Shown here one piece after another: positions 51,299 to 64,000 of a DNA stretch of 64,000 nucleotides; the stretch's first letter is position 1, and each line of letters starts with the position of its first letter. The position numbers and the translations under genes are program-made. Origin of the DNA: Paramecium tetraurelia (taxonomy: Eukaryota); NCBI GenBank assembly GCA_000165425.1, contig CT868026.1, positions 62,001 through 126,000 on the forward strand. Direction: 5' to 3'. The notes beneath the pieces are model-generated. The model searched no databases. It was not told where the DNA came from and saw nothing but the letters and a program-made list of their open reading frames with translations.

Positions 51299-54200
51299 AT
51301 GTTAATAATCATATTATTGTTTTAATCCTGTAGGACTTAATGTTACAATAATTCATTGATTAATGTGGATTAATAGACTTATTACTACAGTATAGATTGC
51401 CAACCTCCTACTTCATTAGAGCTTAATTGTTCATCATTATCTAGTTATGTAGAGATCAATGTCGACTCATCGATTTCTTGGAATTTATCTAGTTTTATTA
51501 CAAATTGTGGTGGCGTAAAAATAAATACATCCTAAATTGAGATTGGAAATATACATAGCAATCAAAAGAAAGCTGGATTTATTGAGAACAAATATATAAT
51601 AATTGTAGCATCTTAAGACTATTCATTTTTTGCAAATGCGTAAATTAATATGAAGAATTATTTACTTGCATTCTTTCTTAATAGCACTCAAAATTCTACA
51701 ATTCACAAATTAAATGCTACTTCTAATAAGATGCTGTTTGTGTTTAATAATTCTGTGACTTTTGAAGACTCAAATTTTTTGATGACGACATAAACTTGTA
51801 CAAATAATGTGAATATATTACCAGGAATGATTAGTATTTTCAATGTCAATTTCGAGTCTATCGAAGATTATTTATTGCACAATTAATTTATCAATTTATA
51901 GCAACCTACTCGTTTTACTGCTTTCTTTCAAGTTTCTAACTACACCTTCTTTGTTTTTAGCAACTCTTCTTTAACATTAATAAACTCTTAAGTGATTGCA
52001 AGTCAAATAGGAGTATTAAATAATGGCACCATAATTTTGGAAAACAGCAACTTAAATACTTCGTTTTCTGGTTGTTACATCAATTAGGGGTATTTTAATG
52101 AGTTATTTTCTAATTAGGAATGCAAGAGGTCCTGAGTTCATTAATTATAATCAAAAGTGTTTTGCAAATGGTGGTTCCAACTCTGGATATGGAGGAATTG
52201 GATTGAATATTGGGGACTCTTATTTAAATGATTGCATATTTTTAACTAATTCAACTAGGTTCATGTTTGATTTATATCCATATGGTTATTTGCTAACTAA
52301 TCTTTATCAAGGATCAGGTGGCAGCTCTGTAAACCTCATTGAATTAGTGAAAGAATTTGGAACTGTTTCCAAAAATCTATTATATGGATTTGGTGGAGGT
52401 TCCATATTTATATATGCAAATCAATCAGTAAGCATGAGTCATTCACAGTTGCTTGCTAATGGATCGCCAGGATATGTTGATTCAGAGACTAATTATAGTA
52501 TTGGTGGAGGTGCAGGAGGATCGATTAAAATATATTCCACTTAAATTATTAGCGATCTGACAAGTAATATTTCCATACAAGGAGGAGATAGCGATTCTAA
52601 AGGTTTAGTTGGTGAAGGAGGTGGAGGAGTATTTTAATTCAAGTGTTTAACAACTCCTTTGAATATTAATCAAGCTCAAAATTTATCCTCTTACTGTTCA
52701 AGTAGCTCTTATAATGGAAACATCCTAAATGGACCTGGTTTAAGATATAAATAACTAGGAGCAGGGTTAATTGGATAATAAGGAAATCTAATTGAACCTT
52801 TGTGTCCCCCTGGTTATAGAATCTCCAATTTCTAATGTGTGCTCTGTAATCAGTAATAATACTCTATTTGGTGGAGTTCATAATGTGTACCTTGTCCATC
52901 TACCTATGTACTCTTTTTATAATTATCAATAGGGGAAATTTTCTTAAGATAATACATTTTGTAATTAAGCACCAAGTTGTTAAACTGCAGATTGCTGTAT
53001 TGAAGATTTTAAAATTCTAAGGAATACTGGAATTTAATTGGTAGTTTTTATGCTGCTGATCATTATTGGTTATGCATTAAGAAGATAATACAAAAAGAAA
53101 GATTCTACTACCGAAAAAAACTTTAATTTTGAAAATGCCACCAAAGAAATCATAGCAGATAAGATAATCACTGAGAGTTTGTAGGAAACTGATCAGTTTG
53201 TATTAGGAGATCTAATGTATCATGCACATAGAATACCAGTCATAGGTAATAATACTTTTCTTAATCCGTGGTTTTTGCATTCTGAACCCCCAGTTGAAAT
53301 AGATAAGGCAGTAAATAAAGAAGAGTATGAAAAGTTTGCAAAGAATTTCAATGAGATTGCAGCTTGGAGTAAGACAAAATATATTATTTTAAATTTCTTG
53401 GCTATATTATATTATCCATTATATTGGGGTTGGCAAACGAAAATTAAAAAGGATAAGTATAAATCATTAGCTGCTTTACTAAATAAAAATGAAATACCAA
53501 AATTCTGGAAATAATCATCGGATCAAACTTATGGTAGATTCAAAATGACTAAAAGTGCAGATTACACTCTTCTATATATCGATATATTTAATTATAAGAA
53601 TTGTGATCTTAAATACATTTATCTAACCTGCCCCTTCATTATTTATCTGTCTGGTGAAGGTAATTATTTACGACCATTTTATTTATGTGAATCAGACTAG
53701 TTTTTAGTCTCTCTCTTCTTTGCTGTCAATTAAACAAAAAATTCTATTTAAAATAGATAAAATATATTGACTAATCTTGTCTGTAAAGATGAGAGAGAAG
53801 AAAACTCCAAAGAGATCAGAAGATTCTTAAAGAAATTCAATAAAGTAGCTATGACTTTGGATTTAGGAGCACTAGATTCGAATTTCATATCAAATTTTAA
53901 AAGATTATTTGATTTATTAGAGAAATGGAATAACTAATTCTTTAACAATCATGATGTAAAATTGCAATTATTAGTTGCTCAATTTCCATTTGATTCTCAA
54001 CATCAATCATCCACAATCACATTGATTGAAATGAAATAGGAAGCTTAATTCAAAGAGTTTATGAGAGAACTTCATAAGAATCTGATCTTTTAAAAATTAC
54101 AGGATGTTAAATTTGGGGTGTTTATTTTTAATACGGAATAAGATCCTGCCGAAGTTGATTAGCAACTGAAAAATCAGAAACTCAGTTTTAATGATATTGA

Positions 54201-54946
54201 GGATTTTTCTATTAGAAATATCGAATATGACTATGATGATGAGAATTCAATTGATGTAGAATTGTTGAGAGAATAATTTCTATCTAAAAGTACCGACAAA
54301 GATCACCTATAGATGGGACACACTAAACATTAATTCAAATAAATAACCAAGAAGTAAAGTCAAAGACCGAATTCTTTTTCAAAGACTTATCATCTAATCA
54401 TAAGAATCTTTGATTATATCAGATTCCAATCATTTTCTCATAAACGGACCTTTTTAGATAAGTATACGCTGATCATCATGATTTGTATACTAATCTTAAT
54501 AGATAATGTAATATTTTATTACAATATTTAGTTCTTGTTACAAAGCATTTTAAGTTTGATCATAGAGAAGTATCATCAAATGAGAAATTCTGAAAATCAT
54601 TCCAAAGAAGATATCATAATTTTATAATTAATTTTATTCCCTTATCCACTCACTATAATACTATCCAATTTATTTGAATCAATTTGGGTATTTAATTATA
54701 TTATATTAGATACCAAGTCAATCTTATGGTATTTTGAAATTGTATTTGATCTTTAATGCCATGGCCACATTTCAATACTTTGTCAGTTTGTTAATCTTTG
54801 TTTGTAATCCCAAATAACAAATATGCATTCAAGATACCTTGACCTTTTTGTCATTTCTAATAAAGATCACACTAAATCAATTAAGTGAGAGATTAATACC
54901 TATGAGCACCAAATTGAATTAATTGAGCAATGAAAAATAAATGTGA
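51299..54946 (+). CDS. Signal-peptide, Gly-rich ectodomain, Cys-rich module, multi-TM protein resembling the plant At5g11700/At4g32920-type family
   Basis: Repeated GGGSIFI/GGGAGGSIKI/GEGGGG motifs, CPPG...C..C...CVPCP module, TM segment, then HAHRIPVIGNNTFLNPWFL..PP...YPLYWGWQ, SADYTLLYID and SGEGNYLRPF, recalled as the conserved cytoplasmic core of that family; further TMs at the C-terminus. Confidence 0.75.
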
Positions 54947-54979
54947 TTATTAATAATATAAAATATACTTGTACACGAA

Positions 54980-57900
54980 ATGCAAATCACTTAAGATATG
55001 TTTAAATGGTTGAAGTCATTAAATGTAATCTAAAATGGAATTCCAAAATAAAATGGGAGAATTGAATTAGATCCTGAAACCACATCAGCCTTCTACAACG
55101 GTTTCAAGATGTCAGAACTCTTAGATAAATTAGTAGGTACTTACAATTAACAAATCAAAACACAAACTAATCCCACAGCTAGATTGTATAATTGGAATAT
55201 AATCACAGAACGATTACATTAAATTAAAGTGGAATTGGATACTGAAATTAAGAAATTAATTATTGATGGTGATTTAGAAATGATTGTTGAAGTCTTGAAG
55301 GATATACAATCAAAATTCGTCAAAGAAATCACTTCCAAAATTGAAAACCCAAAGAAAAACTTCGACATTGAAACTCTCAATTCTGCAAAGCCAATAAGTT
55401 CTTGTGAAACCGTAATTGAATATGTAATCGTAGCCTTGAGTCAGAATCTTATCTTGAAACCTAAATAATCGTAATAATTACTTAATAACAATTTTAAATT
55501 ACTTACGCATGTCTTTATTAAAGGAGTCAAAGGGTAGTACATTTAACTAGTAACACTACTATAAGAAATATATAATAATATGCCCAGATTAATTGAACTC
55601 TTAAGGGAAGAAGAACATCAAATTGGATTCTTTGTTTCATTTCTTAAACTCTCTATATTCTCTAAGGACTAAGAAGTTGTCCATTGGGGATTAAGATTAC
55701 TTGGTAAATTAGCATATGATCTTGCATAATATGACTTGCTATTTCATATGTTTTAATGGTTATTAAGTATTTAATAGAATTCATCTCTTTAGGTTCTGGT
55801 TTATCTAGTCTGATTATTACACTCTAAAGATAACCCTAATTGGCTGAACCATTAGCAACTGCCTTAACTTAAATTGCATATTATGATTATAGTCAAGTGT
55901 TTGGACAATAGAAATATTTCGAGAATCCAAAAATCCTATATAGAATTCTATGGAGCATTGCTTCCTTATTTGAATTGTGATGTATTTTAGAATACTATTG
56001 ATTTAGCTTATCAATTATAATTTGGAATAATAAATTCAGATAGCAATAAGATTAAGTGATAATCAAAGTACAAGAGATGAAAAGAATGTAGCCATCCAAT
56101 TTCTTTGTAATGCATGGATCCATTATAATACATTTTTGGAATAAAATATGTAATATCAATAATCAATTTTGGCTATGCTTTAAAGAACTGCAAAGGATAG
56201 TTCAACAATATTGAAAACATACTCGATTACGCAAGCATTTAAATTGCTAGATGGATTGGCTTAGAAGAAAGTGGTTACAGCTGTATCCGTATACAAGAAG
56301 TTGATTTCAATTCTGATTGAGAGTCAGAATAATGAATATATAGTGAGATAATTCACTTACATTATTCAAAAATATCCAAGCATTCCAATAGAATTGTTGA
56401 TTGATGGTTTAATTAAGAATCAACACCTTAATATATCTGATTGTGACACTTTATTATGTATTGAGCGCACATCAGAATTTAAAAGTATAATCAGCAATAA
56501 CAATGTTGGAATTATTAATTAGAATTTATAATAGTAGTGTTTTATTTTAAAGTGCATTATTTCCAACTATATAACAAATCATTCAAAAATTCATAGAACT
56601 TTCAGAATTTTAAGAATATATGAATAGGATGGCGTAGACATGTTTAAATTTATACGTTAATTCTGTCAGATCTAAGAAGACAACCACTAATCAATCAAAT
56701 TACTAAGATGATTCTGTAATAAATTCTTAAAGAAGAGCTTAAACTATATAGTTATTTAAATACATCATTTAATTGAGATGTTTTTAGATGAACAATATGC
56801 TCAAACCATTATTTGTGGGAGCACATCTAGAACTTAGAAGTATTGAAAATAGAGACAATAAGGGTATCATATAATTGTTGTAAATGCTCGGAGATCCAAA
56901 TACAATTGTTGATGAATATGTGACCAAAGATCAATAGATGACTTCTCAATTATTTCTCGAAAAGAAAATGTAGTAAATGGAAGGTAGTTAATCATAAGCC
57001 TTGGAAGATCAATATCTTTAGAAAAATAAGAAACTATTTGAAAAAGAAGAAGATTTAGTAAAATCGTTATTACTTGAAGAAAAAAATGAATCAAAAAATC
57101 CTCAATAAACAAAAAAGAAGAAAAGAAATTATGACTTTGATGAATTTCAATGCGTTTACGAAGAAGGAGAATTGGCATACAAACCTTAAGATGTTTTCTT
57201 GATTGATTTTTCATTAGAAGAAGATGTTGATAGAGAATCCATGAATATTGCCATTAAGCATTTTTCTAAGACCTTCAGATATTTATTTAATAAGTATGCT
57301 TCAACTCCCCAAGAGGCTGCTAAGAATAGATTAAGAAGTTTAGATTAAAACTAGTTAGAATTAAGATCATCTGATATTGTTAAGATACTTTAAGATTATG
57401 AAATATTTAATTTTAGTACTTATGAGGAAATTATAAATCTTATCGCAACTGTTAATCATAAGTTTAATCTATTTAGTTTGAGTTCTCAAGTTAGACATCT
57501 ACCATTAGACAATTAAACAGAAAAATAATCATCAATTTCAGCTACTACATCTAGAACAGTCAATTATAGATTAGATTTTGAGAATTTCAAAAAGTTTTTA
57601 ATTTAATTTGCTGTCCTTATTTTTGGTAGACCTCCTAAAGATTTTAGAAAAATGCCTTCTGGACATGTTTTGGTTGAATTCTTTAAATATTTCTCCTTTG
57701 TTGCTAGAAGAAGGAATGATAATCATCTAATTTTTGATGATCCCGATGGTGTTACAACTGTGGCTGATAAAGGTACAATTCAAAAGTGGAATGCTTAATT
57801 ATTGTAGAATCCACACATAGAAGTACCAGCTGAAACTAGATTAAAAAAAGTATAAATTGAAAGGGTATCTTTACAATATTAAATGAGAGATGTTATGAAA

Positions 57901-59572
57901 AATTTAAATAAATCCTATTTAACTTGTTTCGAAATTGTCAATGAACTTATCTAATCTAAATTTAAGTAATTTAATTGAATATATAATAATAGAACTAATA
58001 TTGTAGAACCAACATTTAAAATCAATTTAATTTATGAAGTCAAACCGATTGCAGCAAAAGGAGTGCATTCTGAACTCAAAGTGGACCCTTTAATTGAGAA
58101 GTAAGAGCAATTAAAGAATTCTCTAACTTTATTGCCTATAGAGAAATAAGAGATTATGAATAGATCCTTAGATTTATCTTAATTATCTGAAGAGAAGATC
58201 ATTAACAAGAGTATAGTTGAAAAGATTGTATCAAAGCAGGAAGAGGCTTTAAAGAAAGAATTGAAGGATCTCAAATGGCAAAAAAGAAAGGATTATCTAG
58301 ACAAATAATAAGATAGAATTCAATAATTTAAGGAGAAGAAGGAAGAAACAAGATTTAATGATTCTCAATTAGTTGGTGAGTCATTGAGAGAGTAGAAACC
58401 AAGACATATAGATTATATGAATAATTTAAAGAAAGAGTTAAGAAAGAATTAATCAGAAGTTATTCTTAAAAATTCATAACCGCAACATGAAGAGAAAAAG
58501 GATAATAAAAAGAAGCCTTAGCCTTTATAATAATAGGATAATAAATAAAAATAATAACCTTAGGCACCCGAAAAGAAAATCTCAAAAGAAGAAAAGGCGG
58601 AAATTAGATTTAAAGCAAGAACCACTGAAATGGCTGCTCATTACAAAACATCTTTAGAGAAAAAGGAAAAACTAAATGAAAAGTTTTAGAATTTTTATAA
58701 AGATACAAAAGTTTAGGCTGAATTCAAACACTTTAGATCATCTGGAAGTGTGGTATTAAATTTAATAATTTATTGAGGCATTTAATCATTATCTTAAGTA
58801 TTCTGATGCTTGGAATTATAGTGGTAAAAAGATTGTGTTGTAGGGATGGTTAGATTTTGCAAATGCTTTCAATTTAATGTAGGTATTCAATGAAGAATAA
58901 TTGATAAAAGTGTTTACTAATACTTTAAAGTAAAAGAATTATGTAGCTCATCGGGAAGCAGTCTAAAAGAATTTAAAGTATCAAGATGAAATAGGTTTAA
59001 CATATTTTGAATTTGAATACATGTTATTGAAAATAGCCATAATGGGTTAGGACTACTTTAATGCTATTTAAAGTGGCAAGAAACTAGATGACAATTTAAA
59101 ATAATTAATTATTTATAAGGAGAAATAAAGTAAAAAACCCAAAATTAAACACAAATATGTTGAAATGTTGGAAGAAAATATGAATAAAACTACGAGCTTT
59201 ACTTTAGCAGCATGCTTAGCTTATTTGGATATCCCTTAGAATAAGGATCTGTTTGCCGGTAAACTGAGATCGATTGAAGGTGATGATATTATAGAAGAGA
59301 CAAAGCCAAAATACTAATCAGTTGGTAGATATTTACATTTATTATGTTGATTAGACTTATAATCATTGAAAAAGAAACAAGGACTACCAGAGAGTCCATA
59401 ATTAAAGAAGAGTAGTAAATGGTCAGAGCCAGGAACACATGGAAAGGCTTAACCAGAGAAGAAACCCATGTCAGAATCTTAATTTAAGTTGCCTTATCTT
59501 CCTAAAGACGCTAAGACTAAAGAGTTGCTTGAAGTAACAAAAAAATGGGAAGAGGAGAAGAAGAAAAAGTGA
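54980..59572 (+). CDS. Large protein with N-terminal CH-like domain, helical middle and Lys/Glu/Gln-rich C-terminus
   Basis: MFKWLKSL...FYNGFKMSELL...TARLYNWNII...DGDLEMIVEVLKDI resembles SPEF1-type calponin-homology folds (inference); multi-intron code-6 frame ending at TGA 59570-59572. Confidence 0.7.
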
Positions 59573-60176
59573 TTCAGTTTTATAAATTTATATTAATAAT
59601 GAAATATTAAAGAGATTGTTTATATTTAGAATAGATTGATTGAGAAACTAATTAACATAAATGTAATATTGATGATGATGAGTAAGTTAATTATAAATGG
59701 ATGTATTAATACTTTGAGATATTAATTGGAGGTTATGGAAGAAATTTGTTTATTAAAAAAATAATCAGAAATAATAAACGATCGTTTAGAAATGAGAAGA
59801 AAATGTTGACATTACTAAAGCAATTAACCAACAAGAACTAATCATTTGCATGTATGAGATATTATGAAAATTAAGTTGATAATAGTGGGAGTAAATTAAT
59901 AATTAAATCCGTTCGATGTAAATTTGTATTTATGTTTGATTCAATCGATTATGAAGTTATTCCACAAATAAATATAGCCGCAGTCTCTCTATAACTATTA
60001 GTATCTCACAATTATCGATATTATAGCAATCAATCAATAGAAGAAACTCTTAAACAATAAAATCATCTAAACTCAATTGTAGAGATTTGGAACATAAACC
60101 AATACTAAAATTCAAGCTTAATATTATTTAATTTATTCTATATTATTTTTTTTATATTCTTCTATATTATTGAGAC

Positions 60177-61211
60177 ATGCGATCTGAATCTATCTCTTAC
60201 GAAAAAGAAATGGACATTATAAAAAAAAGAGAATCCAGAAAAGAAAGAGCGAAATTTGAAGATATTATGTATTAATCACATAAATCTATCCTCAGAGAGG
60301 AAAATGAAAATTAGAAAATGACATGTTATGAAAGCACCAGAAATTGTTTAGGTTCATGCTTTGGAACACTACGAGCATGGCTTCCTTGTTGCTTTTGTTG
60401 TTGTCCTTATCCATTTTTTCTTATTACCCAAGGTTAAAAGGGATTGCTTCAAAAATTTGGTAAATACCAAAGAACCTTAGAACCTGGTCTACATGAAATC
60501 AACCCGTAATTATTTTATTCATTATTTGTAGATTTACTGACAAAGTGATTCCTGTCAGCACTAAAACTTTGTATCATTATCAAATTATAATTCAGTATTA
60601 TCGATTTAGAAAGATAACTTGTCTTAACCAAAGACAATATAACTGTTAATATTGACACTATCGTTTACTATCGAGTAATAGATGTCATGAAGTCTGCCTA
60701 TAGAGTTAAAATGATCGTTGAGGCAGTCAAAGAAATAACATATGCTGTATTCATGCATCTCTCTATTCCTATAGACTTTACGTACCATTTGCGGAGAACA
60801 CACATTACAGGACATTATTGAAAATAGACAAAAAATAGCTGATGAAATTGAATCGTTCGTTTTTGATGTTGTTTCTGAATGGGGTATTCATTTACTATTA
60901 TTAAGGTATTTATTTGGAGCATATTTTTATTAAGGATATGCATATGGGGGAAGAATTATAAAGCTCATTATCAAATGCTCCAAAAGCTTAAAGACTTGCT
61001 TAATCAAAAATTATTTCGGCCCAAGTATTTTTTAGATCACATTCTATAGAGTGATGTCGCTGCTGCCAAATTAATGAGAGAGGCTGCCGATATGTTGGAT
61101 TCAAGAGCTGCTATGTAAATTAGATATTTTGAAACTGTTTAATTGATTGCGAAAAATCACAATCCTAAAATCCTTTTTCTAAATGTGGATTAATAAAATC
61201 AAAAAAAATGA
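60177..61211 (+). CDS. Stomatin/band-7 (SPFH) protein
   Basis: QKFGKYQRTLEPGLHEINP, TKDNITVNIDTIVYYRVID, TLRTICGEHTLQDII, AAKLMREAADMLDSRAAMQIRY; several tiny introns. Confidence 0.92.
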
Positions 61212-61609
61212 TTATTTAATATATTTTTAGAAAATACATGTTAAAATAGATTATTTTACTCTTATTTATTACATCCATTCTTACAATTGATTGCGATTAT
61301 TGTAAAGCTGAATTGTTAGATAGTCTTAGAGTAATTTCAATAATATATTTTAGGTTAAAACGGATAGCGTGATTGTCAAATGCTTAGATTCTGATTTCTC
61401 TAAAAGTTCGGTTGGAACCATTTTTGGAAATTGTTTATCTATTTAAGGAGTGGATTCTGCCAAAATCAAATAGCTTGTATCTTGTGTGAGTTCAAAATGT
61501 TGGGATCAATGGATTAATCAAAAGAATGAATAATTTTTATTCTGAAATTGTTATTAATTTCTTTATTCAGACCTATAATCTAAAATTATAATTAATAACA
61601 TCTTAATTG

Positions 61610-62430
61610 ATGAACATCCAAGATAATTTAGAACTCTTAAACCATCAATTAAACGTTTCAAATAATAAACTTTTGCTTTAAGTTGAAGTACTCTCCCAAC
61701 AAAATAATTTATTAAATAAGAAACTTGAGGAGTAATAACATATCACCAATCAAATTCAATACTTGCAAAATGAAAATAACTAACTTAAATAAGATATCTT
61801 AATACTCCAAGAGTCCTTATTTAATTTAAAGAATGAGAAATATAATGATATTGAATAATCCTACTCATCAATGCTTTTAGTTTAATCAAAAGAAAATGAA
61901 AAGGAGCTTTCTTATTTGAAATAAGAATATAAGGATCATATTTTTAAATTGTAATAAGAGAAAAACCAATTTTTTGAATAAGCAGTGTCTATCGGTATTT
62001 AAAATTAAACAGCAAAAAACTTGGAACTATAAACTACTAAAATCATCTAAATTGCATAAAAATTGGAGTAAGAGATTATGATTATTTTTACTATAGAAAA
62101 ATTATATGTGAATCACAATATAATTAAGAAAATAAAATAGAAAAAGCAAAGACTGCTAGAGAAATTTACGATAACTTAATAACTTAATTAAATACAGATT
62201 TGAATAAAAACCAAAAAGAATACGAAAAAAATGACAAATTTAATCAGTATCCCATTTATTTTAAATATATTAGTACTTAAACATCCACTAAGAACTTTAG
62301 CTCTGCGAAATATAAAGATAAACCTATTAATCTCACAAGATTGTTATCTCTCACTAAAACAAATGAAACTCCTAAAAGTCAAGCATACCTTAATGGGCTT
62401 TCATTACAAATCGTGAACAAAAACAATTGA
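61610..62430 (+). CDS. Hypothetical coiled-coil protein
   Basis: MNIQDNLELLNHQLNVSNNKLLLQVEVLSQQNNLLNKKLEE... with 1-2 tiny introns; TGA at 62428-62430. Confidence 0.7.
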
Positions 62431-63434
62431 TTTATTTATAATAAAATATGAATTGTGTTATCTATCTTAATAATAGTAATTATAGACTAGATCATTAAAT
62501 TATATAAATAGAGTAACATGCTATTTTGAGGATATATTTATTAACTCATATGTATTAGATTTGATTTTAATATCAATTCATAAAAGTTATAATATTAAAT
62601 ATAAAAGTATTTTATAAAATTTCTGATTTTCAAGTCTAATTAATTAGGAGTGATTATCTATAAGTATTTAGGAAATAAGTCTTAAAGATTCAAATGTTTA
62701 ACAGAATACTCAAAAACTACTAATTTTCATATATTAAATTTTAAGAAATTAATAATGATGCAATATATAATGAAATAATGTAAAAGGATTATTTAACATA
62801 GTTATCGAAAAAATAGTACAGTTCTATTGATTTTAGCTACATCAACTATATAATTAGATGTGCACATCTATCACTTGAATATAATTGTCTTTTTATTAAT
62901 AAAAATGGAAATTAATAAATAAGAAAAACTTGAGATTTAAAAGCATATATATTCATCTGTTCTATTCTTAATGTACTATAGATACAAAATGATTTGTAAT
63001 TACATGCACTCCAAAAAAATAAACGAAGCAGAGTAACAAAATAAGTCAATTAAATTTAGATATTTTATCAAATATTTCTAGTATGAGTACATATTTTTGA
63101 TCTCATACAATCGATCACATTTTTTTATTTACTAATTATATTTATTAGAGTAAGAAGAAGAGTTATAAGTTTTAAATATTAATTTTTATTGATTCAAAAT
63201 TATAATTATATGAACATCCTATGATTTAAGGTAATCCAAAGCATGGAATCAATTCTTATGATGGGATTATGATAATAATTATATAGATTTTGGAAAATGG
63301 ATTGATTGATATATGTTAACAGTCTTATTGCTATTTTATATTCTTCGTTATTTTTTAATGATAAGATTTCAATGATCTTTTAAATATTAATTCCCAAAAA
63401 CTATTATATTTGCACCTATTTTGTAATTAATTTT

Positions 63435-64000
63435 ATGATTGAAATTGGATCACCTTCCTGCAACACAGCTCGAAATTTTCTAATGTCTAATGTTGAAATA
63501 GTACATCCTGAATAACCTTAAGACATTTCTTCCCTCAGAGAATCAGAAAATGAATTTGAAAAGTAATTTAAATTATCATCAGTCCCTCACATTACAAAAG
63601 GCAAATTAAAAAGAAATGTTTATATATTTGTATTCTTTTATAGGAGCATACTCGAACTAAGCAATCCTTCTTTTCGTTGATTAAAATCTAATAATTGGTT
63701 AACAAATTTAAAAAAAATTTAAGGAAAAATGCCAATTTATGCACTATGTATCCGAAATCACCTTACGTAGATTATTTATTACTATCTGCTTATAAAGGGA
63801 ATTATGCAGCATAATAAAATTCTATGGTTATACGATTAAAACTGAAAATCAAATTTATTTGGGAAGTATTATTATATCTAATCAATTTATTGTTAATTTT
63901 ATTACTACCTTTTCATTTCGAAGCAAGCTAGGATGAGATTGTGAAGTTGAATTTTTGTGTATTTGGTTTAGAAATGGGGATTAAATTTGTTCAGTCATTT
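63435..64000 (+). CDS. 5' part of a probable voltage-gated/cyclic-nucleotide-binding cation (K+) channel-like gene, truncated by the window end
   Basis: Hydrophilic N-terminus, then S1-like KFIWEVLLYLINLLLILLLPF and S2-like FCVFGLEMGIKF. The pore and CNBD are outside the window, so the family call is tentative. Confidence 0.55.

Noticed and set aside
17320..61211. Palmitoylation gene cluster (DHHC, ABHD17-like hydrolase, Cys-rich stomatin, acylated kinase)
   Set aside because: The genes are tens of kb apart among unrelated genes and belong to large families; chance co-occurrence is sufficient.

Overview
AT-rich ciliate macronuclear-type DNA, very likely Paramecium. Genes read through TAA/TAG (Gln), stop only at TGA, and are split by 20-30 nt GT..AG introns, which is why the supplied standard-code ORF track is fragmented. 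Re-translating by hand with genetic code 6 gives 30 protein-coding genes, one solitary 5S rRNA gene and several decayed gene relics. The genes include an ABCA transporter, a C48/Ulp1-type protease, an EF-hand/helical-repeat protein, a TM-RING E3, a RanBP2 zinc-finger microprotein, a DHHC palmitoyltransferase, a Qc-SNARE, an AGC kinase, a C2H2/AT-hook protein, MORN, ankyrin and PX proteins, an ABHD17-like hydrolase, Sam50, LSM5, a plant-like Gly-rich membrane protein, a stomatin and the start of a cation channel. Most notable: (1) a tandem array of three Zn-module/coiled-coil/TLDc genes (TRIM-like layout) plus two pseudogenes, suggesting birth-and-death evolution; (2) a full ABCA transporter with essentially no exocytoplasmic domains; (3) a divergent Sam50 and LSM5 head-to-head with only 22 nt between start codons; (4) a convergent pair of small HTH paralogues bracketing the first 10 kb. 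All gene models and coordinates are manual and have not been checked by database search.
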